A stretch of DNA of 64,000 nt from Octopus bimaculoides (Eukaryota): NCBI RefSeq assembly GCF_001194135.2, contig NC_068993.1, forward strand, positions 12,991,322-13,055,321, written 5' to 3'. Both the position numbers and the translations under genes were made by a program. Position 1 is the first letter of the stretch, and every line of letters starts with the position of its first letter. Below are positions 12,731 to 26,276 of this stretch, piece after piece. The notes beneath the pieces were generated by a model. That model was given only the letters and a program-made list of their open reading frames with translations. It was not told where the DNA came from and made no database searches.

Positions 12731-15430
12731 AGGTAATAGAAACTAATATTAAAATCTACTTTTTCATCCTGTGAAAACTGTGCCGGTTCTTTGAATGTAT
12801 AGATATATACACACATATATACAATTCTCCATGTACTTAATATACATTTCTGGTTTCACTCAAGATTTTACCAGGCCAACCTTAATTGGTCACCTCTTTA
12901 AAGTGTATGAGTTGATGGGGGCAGATCACGATCAGTATACACATATGCAGTCGTGTTAACTCACCGCTAATTCGTTTCAGGGACGCCATATGGCATACAT
13001 TTTTTCTTAAAGAGTGTTTATGATATATATATATATATTATACATATTATCTTTTAATCTTGAGGTTGTAAGTATTCGTGAACACTTACTTTTCTTGAAG
13101 GATGGGATTGTAGGAGGGCGAAGATGTAAAGAAAGGTAACGAGTTGTTAAAATAACATAAATAACTGTAAGAATTTATGTACCGAAAATGCAATAAATTG
13201 CTTTTCTTAATCTCACCCATATTTTGTGATATGTTTTACCATTGTTGTCGTGCGTTTGTTCCCGCTCTTCCGTTTTTCTTTTTTTTCCCCACTTTTCAAT
13301 CTTTCTTTGCGAAAGAAGAGAAACATATCTGAAAAGGCAGAGACACGAATTTAGACAACAAAGACGAATAATGTTATAGTAAATACAATGCAAGTTAACT
13401 TCTTGATTTATTAAATATTTGTTCTTAATTTGAATTTGAGAAACGGTAAGCGAACGCCTGGTAGCAATTGCGACCAACTCTGAATCAGAAAGGTAGATAA
13501 TATCAAGAATCAACAATACTATGGAAGTGGCATTTCATTAAAAAAAAAGACGCTTGTCTTCTGGAGACTTAAGATCGGCAATAGACGCGTGTTTCTGTCT
13601 CAACAGGCGTCATCTGCACAGTAGTTTTCCCACTTCGAGTCTAGACAGGATAATTCTTAAATAAAGGGCAGAAATTATTTACAGCTTAGGGTAATTTATA
13701 TAATCCCCAAAAATATATACATAGTTTACAATATCTTTATTACTGGCGCTCAAAATCTTTGGGGTGCCACTTTAGACACTCTGGTAGTCAGCAATTACCA
13801 CTGATACTTTATTTCACGCAGAATGCCCATGGTGTTAATATCTGTTCAGTACTTAATGCTTCTTGACCTTTGATCGAGATTTGAACTCGAGCAAGATTGG
13901 AACAAACTTGTTAGTCCACGCATAACAGACTGATTGGGTGTACTTTTAACGGCTTACATGTAGGTTTAGCAGTAATGTAGATGCTTTTTTTTTCTCCCCT
14001 GTTGGAACGTGTAAACAGGAAATTCGCTAAATCTCTGTTGCAATTTTAATAGCAAAGAAGTATTTATGTTGACATATATGTAGTCAGAAAAAAAACTAAG
14101 GAATAAAACACACACACACACACACACACACNNNNNNNNNNTGGATGCGGACACACACACACAGAAATGCAAATCGAAATGTCAAATTTAAACACATGTA
14201 AACCTTGTTGAGTTTGAAATGCTTGGGGTATTTATGAAACTTTAGATACTGACCAGAAATTGTAAACACTTAATTGATAAAACCAGTACTCCGCCTAACA
14301 GAATGGTATTTGAAGCTAGAAAGGGTTAGATTCTGTCTACCTCGACAGCGTTCAAATTATTCAATTTAGGAGACAAAAAATATATAATAAAAACATCTTT
14401 CAAATCGTGTTTGGTTAAACCGGATCAAATTTTAAAGATTTGTTTTTTAGATATCTATGAAATAGGCTTGGCTTGGCGTGAATTTTAAAGATAGGAGATG
14501 TTTTAGTTTAAACAGAGAACAGTCTTTCATGTGATCATGTTGTTCTTTAATCATTTGAAAAATGTAGAAGTTAAATGCAGTATTGAATTATCAGCTAAGA
14601 ACACATTAGTTCAATCTGTATTTCGATGTATGAGTGCTCGGCAGTACACTTAATTCTTGATTACTTCCGATTCTCCCTTAGTAATCAGGAATAGACACCA
14701 GATATTCTAAGAATGTTATCGACAATATACTGCTGACCTATTCAAGAGATTTATGTCTCTTCCGCTTCACGTGTTAAATCCCGAACTAAGCTCCGCCTCT
14801 CATGAGTCCCTTGAGTCTACTAGATGCAATTACGTATATATTACACTGCAAACCAGTGAGATATAAATGCACATCTGACTAGCATAACTATTCAGAAATA
14901 TATCTAAACAGGAAATACAATTCTTTCTTCATTAGATACTCTATTTGTTTGTGTGTGTGTGTGTAATTTCCTATTCTTTGAATGATTTATGTTACACTAA
15001 GGAAAACTAGCTAACGAGTAGATAATCTAACGAGTAGATAATTTCCATGACCTGCTTAAAGAAGTGAGCCAAAGTTCCTGTTCACGCACTACGGCCCTTA
15101 AAAGATCTGGTGGGGAAAATCCCTTTGGATAATATACACTTATATACACTACTGGGACAATAAATCACGAAATGGTCACGACTGGAATACCTTTCACCAT
15201 TAGTTCTCCTGGGCCAGGGATGACTTGGCGCTAAACAACAATGTTAAAGCAAATGTTCGATATTGGACTAGAAACATAAACGCACGTATCATGCCAACAC
15301 CATCCTGCCACACATAGTAGCAAATTGTACACATTATAACACTGTAACGTATTATGTAACCTGATGACGTTTCTTCTGTACTGTGGGTTGCATTCGATTC
15401 CATTACATCGTTCTCCACCCACTGGCGAAC

Positions 15431-15470
15431 AGTGCAGAAGTAAGCCGAAACGATCGTCGTACTAAATAAA
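15431..15470 (+). ncRNA. Decayed hammerhead-ribozyme-like motif (Penelope-like LTR remnant)
   Basis: GAAA-CGATCG-TC (palindromic helix III plus GUC site), gtact able to pair with upstream agtgc, then AATAAA. The CUGANGA box is missing. Confidence 0.35.
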
Positions 15471-15498
15471 GTTTTGCAGTACACTCTGCCTTTCCTAT

Positions 15499-15558
<60 letters not shown>

Positions 15559-16160
15559 TGTTAAATTTTTGTTTGATTAATGGCTACTTTTGTCCTTTCA
15601 TAATTTGTCTTAAATAAATGGCCGATTAAAGTATCTGTTTTGTGTACTCATAAGCCGACGAGAGTGTACCAACTGTTGGGATTCGTACAGTGTTTCGTGG
15701 TTTAGAAATGTACCTTGCAATCACGTGTTTAGTTTGTATCTCAATGCGCTGCATCTGAGGCATGTATCATCTACTCTAACCTGGTGTTGACCGATAATTT
15801 CTGAAAGAATTTGGTAAAAGGAGTAAAAACTGTGTAGAAGCTCGTCGTATAAGTTTATCAATCAGTCTCTCTCTGTTTATGTTTCTTTCATTGTCTTTAT
15901 GCTTGGTGAGGTAAACCAATTCTGGATCTGTGTCCATTTACGAAGAAAACAATTTAACTTATTTTAATGATCGCACTTTATCGGATAACTAAGCACAGGA
16001 CAAGAGTAAATAGCTGAGGTCAATACAATCGACTAAAACCTCTTTAAGTTAAACTTATATCTTAGATAGAAACGATACAACAGACTCGGCATAATTATAA
16101 CAAATTTAGTATCGGTATCACCATCAAGTGAACTGAAACTGTCAAGGGCTGTATATTATT

Positions 16161-16454
16161 TACTATCTAGGCACAAGGCCCGAAATTTTGGGGGAGGGGG
16201 CTAGTCGATTAGATCGACCATAGTACACAACTGGTACTTAATTTATCTTCTCTAATCTAGGCACAATGCCCAAAATTTGGGGAAAGGGGGCCAGTCGATT
16301 AGATCGACTCCAGTACGCAACTTTTTACTTAATTTATCGACCCCCGAAAGGCGAAGTCGATCTCGGCAGAATTTGAACTCAGAACGTAAAGGCAGACGAA
16401 ATATCGCTAAACATTTCGTCCTACGTGGTAACGTTTCTACCAGCTCGCTACCTT
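16161..16454 (-). mobile_element. SINE family B: full-length copy plus an adjacent 3'-half copy
   Basis: Minus-strand head aaggtagcgagctggtagaaacgttacc and B-box-like gagttcaaattc. The 3' module taggcacaaggcccgaaatttt...gtcgattagatcgac is present twice (16161-16247 and from 16248). Confidence 0.9.
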
Positions 16455-18129
16455 GCAATTTTAGTATATTCTGAACTTAGAATTTGTACTTTATTCAAAT
16501 TCATTACAGACCTGTTAATAACACGAAACAGAATTATTCATAAAATGCAGGTGTATATTTTGATAGTAAGTGTAGGAGAAAAAATATATATCATTCCCTC
16601 AAGCCTTAGTAGTTAATTAAATCTATATGGCAAGAAAATATGAGTTTAAACTTTCTTTAAAATAACTTTTCAGCTTATAACCAACTCCTTCAGAAAAGAT
16701 GTTTATCTATAAAAGAGAAAGCGCTGAAAAATACTAACTGCCTGGTAACAGCTGAACGCCAAACGTTTCGGTTCTAATTTTCTAATTTTTCCTTGTTTAT
16801 CGATTTAAGTTTTTTTTTCTCCTGCCTGTGTGCGTGCATACGTGTGGTGTAGGATGTGTGTGTGTGTGTGTGTGTGTGTGCTGTTTGTTGTTGTTATTTA
16901 TTTGTTTATTTAATTTATTTCTCTAAACTCAATAAACGGTGTTCAGGAGCAAATGTAGAATAGAAGCAAGGACGACAGATTTATGACCGAACAACATTAA
17001 GCCAAGGTATAAATATTTAAAACTAAGAGTCAAAATGAATTAGGAAACAAATAATAATAATAATGATAAACTCTGCGAAATAAACTAAAAAGTAAATAAA
17101 ATAAATTAAAGCTAGTAAGGTGTTTAACAGGAGGGTGGGGAAGACTTGCGTGGTGGGTGGGAGAACTCGGTGATGGATGAAGAAAACAAGAGAAAAAGAC
17201 AAGCGAGATGATAATTAAAACACAACCACAGGAAAAATGAAGGGAATAAAAGATGGCCAGTTATTGAATCGAGAAAACGTTTAAATCTTTGAACAAAAAC
17301 CATAAAATGTTAATAAAACTTGTGGAAGAAGGTAAAATTAGAAAGAAGAGATAAAAAGAAAAAAAAAGAAGCATTTGAGCTAAGACATTATAAATGAGGA
17401 ACGAAAGGTGATAGATACTGATCAATAATAAGGAAAAGATATGTACACGCATATATATATATGTATATATATATATATAAGAGAAAGAGACTCGCAGAGT
17501 TACACACTCGCATATATATATNNNNNNNNNNNNNNNNNNNNNNNNNNNNNNNNNNNNNNNNNNNNNNNNNNNNNNNNNNNNNNNNNNNNNNNNNNNNNNN
17601 NNNNNNNNNNNNNNNNNNNNNNNNNNNNNNNNNNNNNNNNNNNNNNNNNNNNNNNNNNNNNNNNNNNNNNATATATGTGAGAGACTCAAAGGCTTACACA
17701 CTTTTGTATATCTATGTATTACAGAAGTGTATAGTTGTGTGTATGTATATTTGGATTTACATGGGAGAGAAAGTGTTCCCAATACATATATCAGGTGTTA
17801 GTTAATACTTTATTGAAAGCTGAAACTTCTCTTTGACGCTACTCCTTAGTTGCTCTGAAGAGCAGCAACGTGAAACTCAGGGTTGCGGTGTAACAAAGTG
17901 TCAGTATGGCCTCATATGTACATGCGTTGCTATAAGTTTTTGTTTAAAAGAGAAACGAATAAAGCATTATGATTTGAGGCAAAGAAATCTGTTCACAGAT
18001 AGTGTTTGCATTCATGTATTTGAAAAATAACTCTTACAAAAGGAGTCAATTTACACACACACACACACACACGCAGATATGTGCATATATCGAAAGGATC
18101 AAACGTCCTTTCTGAGCCGTAGACACATA

Positions 18130-18305
18130 CGGCCGGGTTCTTGCATTCTATAACTTGTTTCTCTTCGTCGATTAATAATTTTTGCCAGCTGAGTGGACTG
18201 GAGCAACGTGAAATGCAGTGTTTTGTTCAAGAACACAACGCGTTGCTTGGTCCAGGAATCGAAACCACAATCTTACAATCATGAGCCCAATACCCTAACC
18301 ACTAA
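18130..18305 (-). mobile_element. tRNA-derived SINE, family C (CORE-like)
   Basis: Minus strand: tagtggttagggtattgggctcatgattgtaagattgtggtttcgattcctggacc (tRNA-like head), then gcgttgtgttcttgaacaaaacactgcatttcacgttgctccagtccactcagctggcaaaa. Confidence 0.8.
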
Positions 18306-18961
18306 AACAAAATAGGTGTTCGCGCGCGCACACACGCACATACATGCATATCTGTGTAAACACATATATACGATAAATTTTATAGATAGGTTTTTGTACA
18401 TAAGTATAATGTCAAAGTAATATTTATTATCAATAATGCATGTTTATTTCGATAATCTAGTATAGGCGAAACATCGTAGAAAACTGACACAATTTGGTTA
18501 TAAATATATAACTAGATACTTATGTACATGCTGTATTTCGCTGGATATATGTATCTCGTGATGGTATTACACAATAAAACTGAATATATTTGCTGTAGTT
18601 ATGAAGTGGTCTGGTAAGATGCAGGTAATACAATCTGGAGCGAAACACTGGTCGATTACCCTTGTCTCGCTGAATGTCATAAACTGATATACGATAGTCT
18701 GGCCAACCTTTAAGATTGCATGTTTATGACTGTTGTTACGATGAGACTCATATGTTTCACAAGGATCGAACGTAGGTCTATGGTTCCTTTTTTCTTCTTT
18801 TAGGCTGTGTTTGTTTTTTAATTAGTGAATCATTAGTATGTGCGCGTTGGTAGAGGTGTTAAATGTGTTCCCTCCTATCTCTGTCCGTATGATTCTGCAG
18901 AATAATATCTAAGGCTTTTAACCAAGTAATTCAAGAACTAATAATGATATGAATATACAGA

Positions 18962-19008
<47 letters not shown>

Positions 19009-19756
19009 NNNNNNNNNNNNNNNNNNNNNNNNNNNNNNNNNNNNNNNNNNNNNNNNNNNNNNNNNNNNNNNNNNNNNNNNNNNNNNNNNNNNNNNNNNNN
19101 NNNNNNNNNNNNNNNNNNNNNNNNNNNNNNNNNNNNNNNNNNNNNNNNNNNNNNNNNNNNNNNNNNNNNNNNNNNNNNNNNNNNNNNNNNNNNNNNNNNN
19201 NNNNNNNNNNNNNNNNNNNNNNNNNNNNNNNNNNNNNNNNNNNNNNNNNNNNNNNNNNNNNNNNNNNNNNNNNNNNNNNNNNNNNNNNNNNNNNNNNNNN
19301 NNNNNNNNNNNNNNNNNNNNNNNNNNNNNNNNNNNNNNNNNNNNNNNNNNNNNNNNNNNNNNNNNNNNNNNNNNNNNNNNNNNNNNNNNNNNNNNNNNNN
19401 NNNNNNNNNNNNNNNNNNNNNNNNNNNNNNNNNNNNNNNNNNNNNNNNNNNNNNNNNNNNNNNNNNNNNNNNNNNNNNNNNNNNNNAAGCGCCACGGCTC
19501 ATTAAATGTACATTTAGAGCGCGTGCGTGTATGTGGGTGCATGTGTGAGTGTGTTGACCGATGGTGGGTAGAGAACGAGAGAAAGTGGGGGGAAAAGAGA
19601 AAGATGGAGAAAAGAATTAGAAAAAGAGGGAGAGAGGGGAAGCGAAAGTCTATAATGAATAGATAAAAATATAAAATATTTCTTTCCTAATATATATGGT
19701 CATTATAATATCATTATAGCGATGTGATAAAGCAATGACAAAGAGGACAAGAACAC

Positions 19757-19824
19757 CACCAACATTAGTGGCAACATCACTAACATTAGTGGCAATAACA
19801 CCAACATTAGTGGCAACAACACCA
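19757..19824. repeat. 21-bp minisatellite, about 3 copies
   Basis: caccaacattagtggcaacat repeated in tandem with single substitutions. Confidence 0.85.
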
Positions 19825-20009
19825 TCTATAGTAATACAATCAACACATCAACAAGGCAACGGTAATGAAAATGATTAACAAAAACGCTATTGAAGTCTTT
19901 CAGATAATTTATTCTAATTTAAGCAAGCAAGGACAGCAATCTTAAGTGGAGACCTTCAAGCAAAAACACCAACCCTAGTACTTTAACGTATTGGTTTTAA
20001 GTGGTTGAA

Positions 20010-20330
20010 TGGTAATGGTGGGTTTGACGGGATTCGAAATTAAAACGCAAAACACCAGAACACCTATCACAAAGAATTTTATCTGACACTCTAACGTTTC
20101 TATCAGTCTGTCGCTTTTAATAACTGTTGGGTACAGCAATCTTGTGTAGAGGCATTTAAGCAACAAAATCACTCCGAGTACTTCGCTAGCATTTCAACGT
20201 ATAGACCCCGAATGGTTAAAAGGTAATTTTGTGCTTGGTGGGATTTGAAATCGGAACGTAAAATACCAGAACACGTAACACAAATAATTTTATCTAATGT
20301 TCTAACGATTCTGTTAGTCCGTCCCTCTTA
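20010..20330 (-). mobile_element. Highly decayed SINE family B remnants
   Basis: ggatttgaaatcggaacgtaaa and ttctaacgattctgttagtccgtcc resemble the family B head; low identity. Confidence 0.45.
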
Positions 20331-21467
20331 ATAACCTTTTTCTAATCTAGGACGCGTAGCTGTAGATATTCTTGTCTACTGTATTATATTTTATGGAAGC
20401 TGAAATGATTTCACAAACTATAACTCAGAGTTTCACATAAATTATCATCTGACAGTTGTGAGATAAACTATTGCATTGCTTTAAATTTTTACGTTTGTCT
20501 GACGTCTTGTCACGTGATACTCTGAGTAACAGTTTGTGAAGCCTTATCAGCTTCAATGACATATTTTACTGTACCTCTTTTATTCGAGTACTAATTTCTC
20601 CCTGTTTTGCATCTATGTCTTCATATCTGCCTCATTGAGTGAAACAGCAGTAAGAGATTTTCCTTACCTATCACGGCTGTTCTATGCTTTTTTTAAATAT
20701 TTTTGTACTCTTTATTATGAAATTAATATTCTCGAGCAACGCCAAATGCTTTTTGTTCATCTTCCATTTTTAATCTATCTATCTATCTATCTATCTATAT
20801 ATANNNNNNNNNNNNNNNNNNNNNNNNNNNNNNNNNNNNNNNNNNNNNNNNNNNNNNNNNNNNNNNNNNNNNNNNNNNNNNNNNNNNNNNNNNNNNNNNN
20901 NNNNNNNNNNNNNNNNNNNNNNNNNNNNNNNNNNNNNNNNNNNNNNNNNNNNNNNNNNNNNNNNNNNNNNNNNNNNNNNNNNNNNNNNNNNNNNNNNNNN
21001 NNNNNNNNNNNNNNNNNNNNNNNNNNNNNNNNNNNNNNNNNNNNNNNNNNNNNNNNNNNNNNNNNNNNNNNNNNNNNNNNNNNNNNNNNNNNNNNNNNNN
21101 NNNNNNNNNNNNNNNNNNNNNNNNNNNNNNNNNNNNNNNNNNNNNNNNNNNNNNNNNNNNNNNNNNNNNNNNNNNNNNNNNNNNNNNNNNNNNNNNNNNN
21201 NNNNNNNNNNNNNNNNNNNNNNNNNNNNNNNNNNNNNNNNNNNNNNNNNNNNNNNNNNNNNNNNNNNNNNNNNNNNNNNNNNNNNNNNNNNNNNNNNNNN
21301 NNNNNNNNNNNNNNNNNNNNNNNNNNNNNNNNNNNNNNNNNNNNNNNNNNNNNNNNNNNNNNNNNNNNNNNNNNNNNNNNNNNNNNNNNNNNNNNNNNNN
21401 NNNNNNNNNNNNNNNNNNNNNNNNNNNNNNNNNNNNNNNNNNNNNNNNNNNNNNNNNNTATATACAC

Positions 21468-21505
<38 letters not shown>

Positions 21506-21523
21506 GTATATACATATATACAC

Positions 21524-21559
<36 letters not shown>

Positions 21560-21622
21560 GCACACACATACATACCTATGTACTGCTATACAAATACATA
21601 TATGTACTCACCCTCACTTATA

Positions 21623-21676
<54 letters not shown>

Positions 21677-22173
21677 GGTTGATAGATACGTATGATTCTC
21701 TGTGGGTGTGTGTGGAGTAGGTATTTGTTTACGAATAATAAATAGCCCATTAGGCACACACGAACATACAGACGCGTGTTTGTGTGTGTGTATGTGTGTT
21801 TGAAAGAGAGAGAGGGGAGAGAGAGAATAAGAATGAAAGAGAGCGAAGGGGGAGATTCCTTCGACAGAATGTAATGTATGCATATACATTTTGGTGATAG
21901 TGTATTTCGTTCCGAGTGTGTTTATGAATGCAAGTTATAAACATATGCAGCGTGTGTACGCGTGTGTACATTTGCATTGTTATGTATGTGTGTGTGTACG
22001 AATGCGTTTGTACGTATGTGTGTGTGACCGCCATCTACGTGTTTCAGCTGATTAATTATACGAGCAATATGTGTCATTAAATCCAGAGTTAATGAGTCGA
22101 ATCTAATGTACTACTGATAAGTGGCGTACACACTTCCAGTCACTGAGTAAGACATAGAGCAGAAAAGAAAGAG

Positions 22174-22175
<2 letters not shown>

Positions 22176-22236
<61 letters not shown>
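22176..22236. repeat. (CA)n microsatellite
   Basis: Uninterrupted run. Confidence 0.95.
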
Positions 22237-22237
<1 letters not shown>

Positions 22238-22605
22238 GTAACGATAAGGGTAAGGAAAGAAAGAGGTGGCGAGATAGGATGCGGGGATGTGATTGTATAA
22301 CGGAAGAGGTAGGGCGAAGTCGATGAAGTAAGGTCAGGGTTCATGTCAGCTGATGTTTCTGGATAGGAAACAGAGATAGATGTTGGGGTTGGAGGAATAA
22401 CTTACATATTCCAGAGACACGGTATCATCTTGTGTGTGTGTTAAGTGTGGATGTATGAAAGGAAAAACAGAAGTGCTCAATGCTAAAGTAGAGTTTGGAA
22501 TGTAAAAAATTAATCAATCTTTAATAGAAAATATATTGTAACTCCGATTTTCATATCAAAGTCATCACTTATTTATTAAACAACAGCAATTGAATATACG
22601 GATTA

Positions 22606-22824
22606 CAGTAATCCCTCGACTATCGCGGGTGCTACTATCCAAAACGCCCCGTGATAGGCGAAAATCCGCGAAGTACAAACAGTACTGTATATTTTTTTTA
22701 ATTATTTTTATAATTTATATATATTTATTTTTTTTATAAATGCAAAACAACACCATGGAGGAATCGACGTAAGCTTGAATAATAAACCGCAATAGGTGAA
22801 CCGCGATATGGCGAGGGATAACTA
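22606..22824. mobile_element. pogo/Tigger-like MITE
   Basis: TIRs cagtaatccctcgactatcgcgg and ccgcgatatggcgagggataacta, 5' TA flank, AT-rich non-coding interior. The start resembles MER2/Tigger-type termini. Confidence 0.8.
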
Positions 22825-23161
22825 CAGAGAGAGACAAACAGACAGAGACAGAAAGTGATTGATTCCGTAATCTAAACTCGAAAGATATTTCTCAACCTTG
22901 TACCATGTGTTCACCTTGTTTGCTTTGTCGCAAACTCTTTGTGTCCTATTCCAGTCTTTATTTCAATACCTAGGGCAGGTGCCACTGGTTTCATTGCATA
23001 TAATGCTATCTAACTTCTTTCTAGCTCCCTTGTATACCCAAGGTACACATATATATATTGCCATGCAAGTCAAAGGATCATATATAAATATATTGTCATG
23101 CAAGTCAAAGGATCATATGTGTGTGTGTGTGTGTGGGTGTGTATATATGTGTATATATATA

Positions 23162-23196
<35 letters not shown>

Positions 23197-23482
23197 GTGT
23201 ATGTGTGTGTGTGTGTGTATTGCCATGCAAATCATAGGATCATTATATTTGATTTTGTTTTTATACTGTATAGCGTGAATGAGATTTGTCTAGTATTTCT
23301 AGCATGCTGGCTTGCCATATAGAAGTTACGGCGAGGTCAAAGCATACTCGGCTAGGTTTCAAACTCAATACTTCGAAAATATAAACAAATCGTTCAGTCG
23401 AGAATATTGTGTCGTAGATACTAACAAATACTTAGAATATATCCTATTATATAACAGTCTTGTAAGTAATCATATCATATTT

Positions 23483-23555
23483 CTAACCATTTTGTATGTA
23501 TATATGTATAATATTGGTATTTATGTCTTTTTTTTTCTTTCTTTTGCAGGTAAGT
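23483..23555 (+). other. Strong 3' splice site directly followed by a 5' splice site (YnCAG/GTAAGT; recursive-splice-like)
   Basis: CTAAC branch-like motif at 23483, no AG until 23548, long polypyrimidine tract, CAG at 23547-23549, GTAAGT at 23550-23555. Confidence 0.5.
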
Positions 23556-23600
23556 ACGCAGAAGCATTTTTGTCATCTTTATTGCCAAAATTAAAATCAG
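23550..23600 (+). CDS. Candidate 51-nt phase-1/phase-1 exon (GKYAEAFLSSLLPKLKS), product unknown
   Basis: Strong acceptor, downstream donor CAG/GTAGGC at 23601, length divisible by 3, stop-free in phase 1. No homology recognised. Confidence 0.3.
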
Positions 23601-23896
23601 GTAGGCTGATTTCTGACGTTTAAAATAACAGGAACAAAATAGCTGCGTTATTATTGTATATGTGTATGTGTGTCTATGTGTGTAGAAAGCAATTTTAAAA
23701 AAACAGCTTTGGCCCGTTTGATTCGATAGGTCTGTATCACTGCCCTTTTGTGTTTGTAATGCTTCCGTAACCCTTAAGAACCTTATGAACTTTCGCATGC
23801 GAATTAACCCGAAGTCATTTTTAGAGTTTAAGGGAGATGATCCCGACAAAACTCTTATTTAAAGGATCTCATTTAAAGATCAGAACGAAATTGTAA

Positions 23897-23898
<2 letters not shown>

Positions 23899-23983
<85 letters not shown>

Positions 23984-23986
23984 CAC
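23899..23986. repeat. (CA)n microsatellite
   Basis: Near-perfect run. Confidence 0.95.
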
Positions 23987-24187
23987 AATCTTTGTATCAG
24001 ATAATTCAAGAAGAATTGTAGAAAAAAGTAACTGTGTCACATTTTAAAGTTTTACATTTATACATTTATTATTGCTATTTATTATATTATAAATATTTAT
24101 ACTTTATACCTGTTCTCTATAGCTGTTACGCTAACACTATAAATTTCAATATTACATACATTATAACATAATATTGTATAATTAATA

Positions 24188-24430
24188 GCCGGCGAAATGG
24201 CCGAAAGCGTCATAACTCGCTGCGATCTCATTTAAATTCCAACCGTGGATATCTTTGCCTTTCATCATTTGCTCTAATGATGACAACGTACCAGTCATGG
24301 GTGGTTGATTTTAAAAACAAGATGCCTTTCTATATTTGATTCGGCTCTTTGTGTTCTGATTTCAAATCCCGCCAAAGCCGACATGTGCGCTTGATCCGTC
24401 TCTAGGTTTAACATCACAACCTTGCAGGTT
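24188..24430 (+). mobile_element. Decayed SINE family B remnants
   Basis: tttaaattccaaccgtggatatctttgcctttcatc and gttctgatttcaaatcccgccaaagccgac resemble the family B body. Confidence 0.45.
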
Positions 24431-25577
24431 CCATGCCTTTAACGGAGTCCTTGACACAAACATTTGGCCAAGTTTCCACATTGAGTATCACTGACCAATC
24501 TCACCGGCCTTGTAAAGGGTAATTGTGCATTGACTTACCTTTTGATTAGAATATTGAAATACTGATTAGAATAATTAAAATATTTCATTATTGTTACTAT
24601 GTAATCATATTATTCTTATATACTACGGTATTGCAAAAAATTGTAACTATATAATATAAATATGTGTGCGCGTTACTTCACTATATTTTTACGATATATT
24701 ATATTTATATATTGATAAATTATATCCATATATCTCTATACACCGCAATACATTATTTATTACATGTAAATATAAATCACATTATTAATATATTTTACGA
24801 TATTGCATTCAAGTTTTTGACTTATTCTTCTCTTGATATTTGAAGGAGCAAAATTTCCAAAATGCCAGAGTAAATTTAGAGATTAGTACTTGTATTTAGA
24901 TTTGTTTCGTGATATACTTGCTTTTCTTGTCACTATAATAACGATTTATTTAAATCTGGCTCTTGTATAATAAGCTTGTCAAGGGATTTTTCCAGTTCTC
25001 ACTTCTACGTATTTTTACAATAATTATTCTTCCTCTTGTCAAATGCTTCCCTAATACACTTTTACGCAGTTACTCATACACTCGTTTGCCCGGGAAACTG
25101 AATTCCATAATTTAAATTTTGATGATGAATTAAAAATGATTTTTACATCATTAGTTATCTCTCTATATAATAGTCATTTATATTCATTATTTTTCATTAA
25201 CTGATTCGGTAAACTTCGGTCATGATTTGCAGTATTTGTCCATGATTTTTTAATTGTGAATTTAAATTATGGCGAGGCCAGTTTCATCAGTGAAAGAGTG
25301 ATATCATAAAATATTAGTGAAATACTGGTTTTGATTTAATGAGCTTGAAATTTCCACTGAACAAAAACGTAATTGCTACTGTGTGACCTTCTACAAATGG
25401 TAAAATCATTACCAATCTGACTGTCGAATCGGGCTTCAGTTTTCATTTGACAAATATTTAAATGTACGCTAGTTTGGAATGAAATTTTTCAAAGAATTTA
25501 ATCATGCTACCTACTATTACACGATATACGAAGTAGTGTAGGCATTGCAAGTAATTACTAGTTTGTGATTGATTTTA

Positions 25578-25613
<36 letters not shown>

Positions 25614-26224
25614 CACACACATATACGCAAAATGTAAGACTTTTGATTCGAGCTCACTGCATAGCATGAGAGGATAAAAACTGCAGAGGCTTGTTAGATT
25701 GATTATACTAGTAATTCGTATATTCAGCAATGTCACATCAAGTAACATCACTCAATTTGTGTGACTGTTCAGTTACCAGTACACACAAATAGATAATTTA
25801 AGTGAATACTCATCGTCGTAGCTGATGGAGATCCTTCGTGTGCGCGCAGTTTCCTGTGATTCACCATATTCAGAAGTTACCTTGGTTTACAGCTTCGCCA
25901 GATTTATTTGATTATTTATTTTCTGTTTTAGATTTGTTTCGATTATATTGTATTGCTTTTCCACTCCTTAAATAACTTCAGCATCGAGGGACGGACGTAG
26001 GGAATAGACACACAGAGTGGGGAGAGAAACAAACGGGTAGAGGAAAACAAAAATGCAAACAAACCAAAGCAAAACAAAACAATAAAGAAAAAAAAAACAG
26101 AAACAGTTCGACAGAGCTAGCGACGAGCAATGGAGATGAGCGGAAAGGTTAGAAAGGGGGAGATAATCAAATAACGCATTTTGTTTGCTTGCCTTGCTTG
26201 CTCAATACAAAGAACACTTCAAAA

Positions 26225-26276
<52 letters not shown>

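Noticed and set aside
15011-15042. 16-bp tandem duplication ctaacgagtagataat x2
   Set aside because: Ordinary local duplication with no further structure.
17850-17903. Cys-rich candidate exon CSEEQQRETQGCGVTKC (TSP1-like spacing)
   Set aside because: The middle (gcaacgtgaaa) resembles the nearby family C SINE, the phase does not fit other candidates, and there is no supporting exon.
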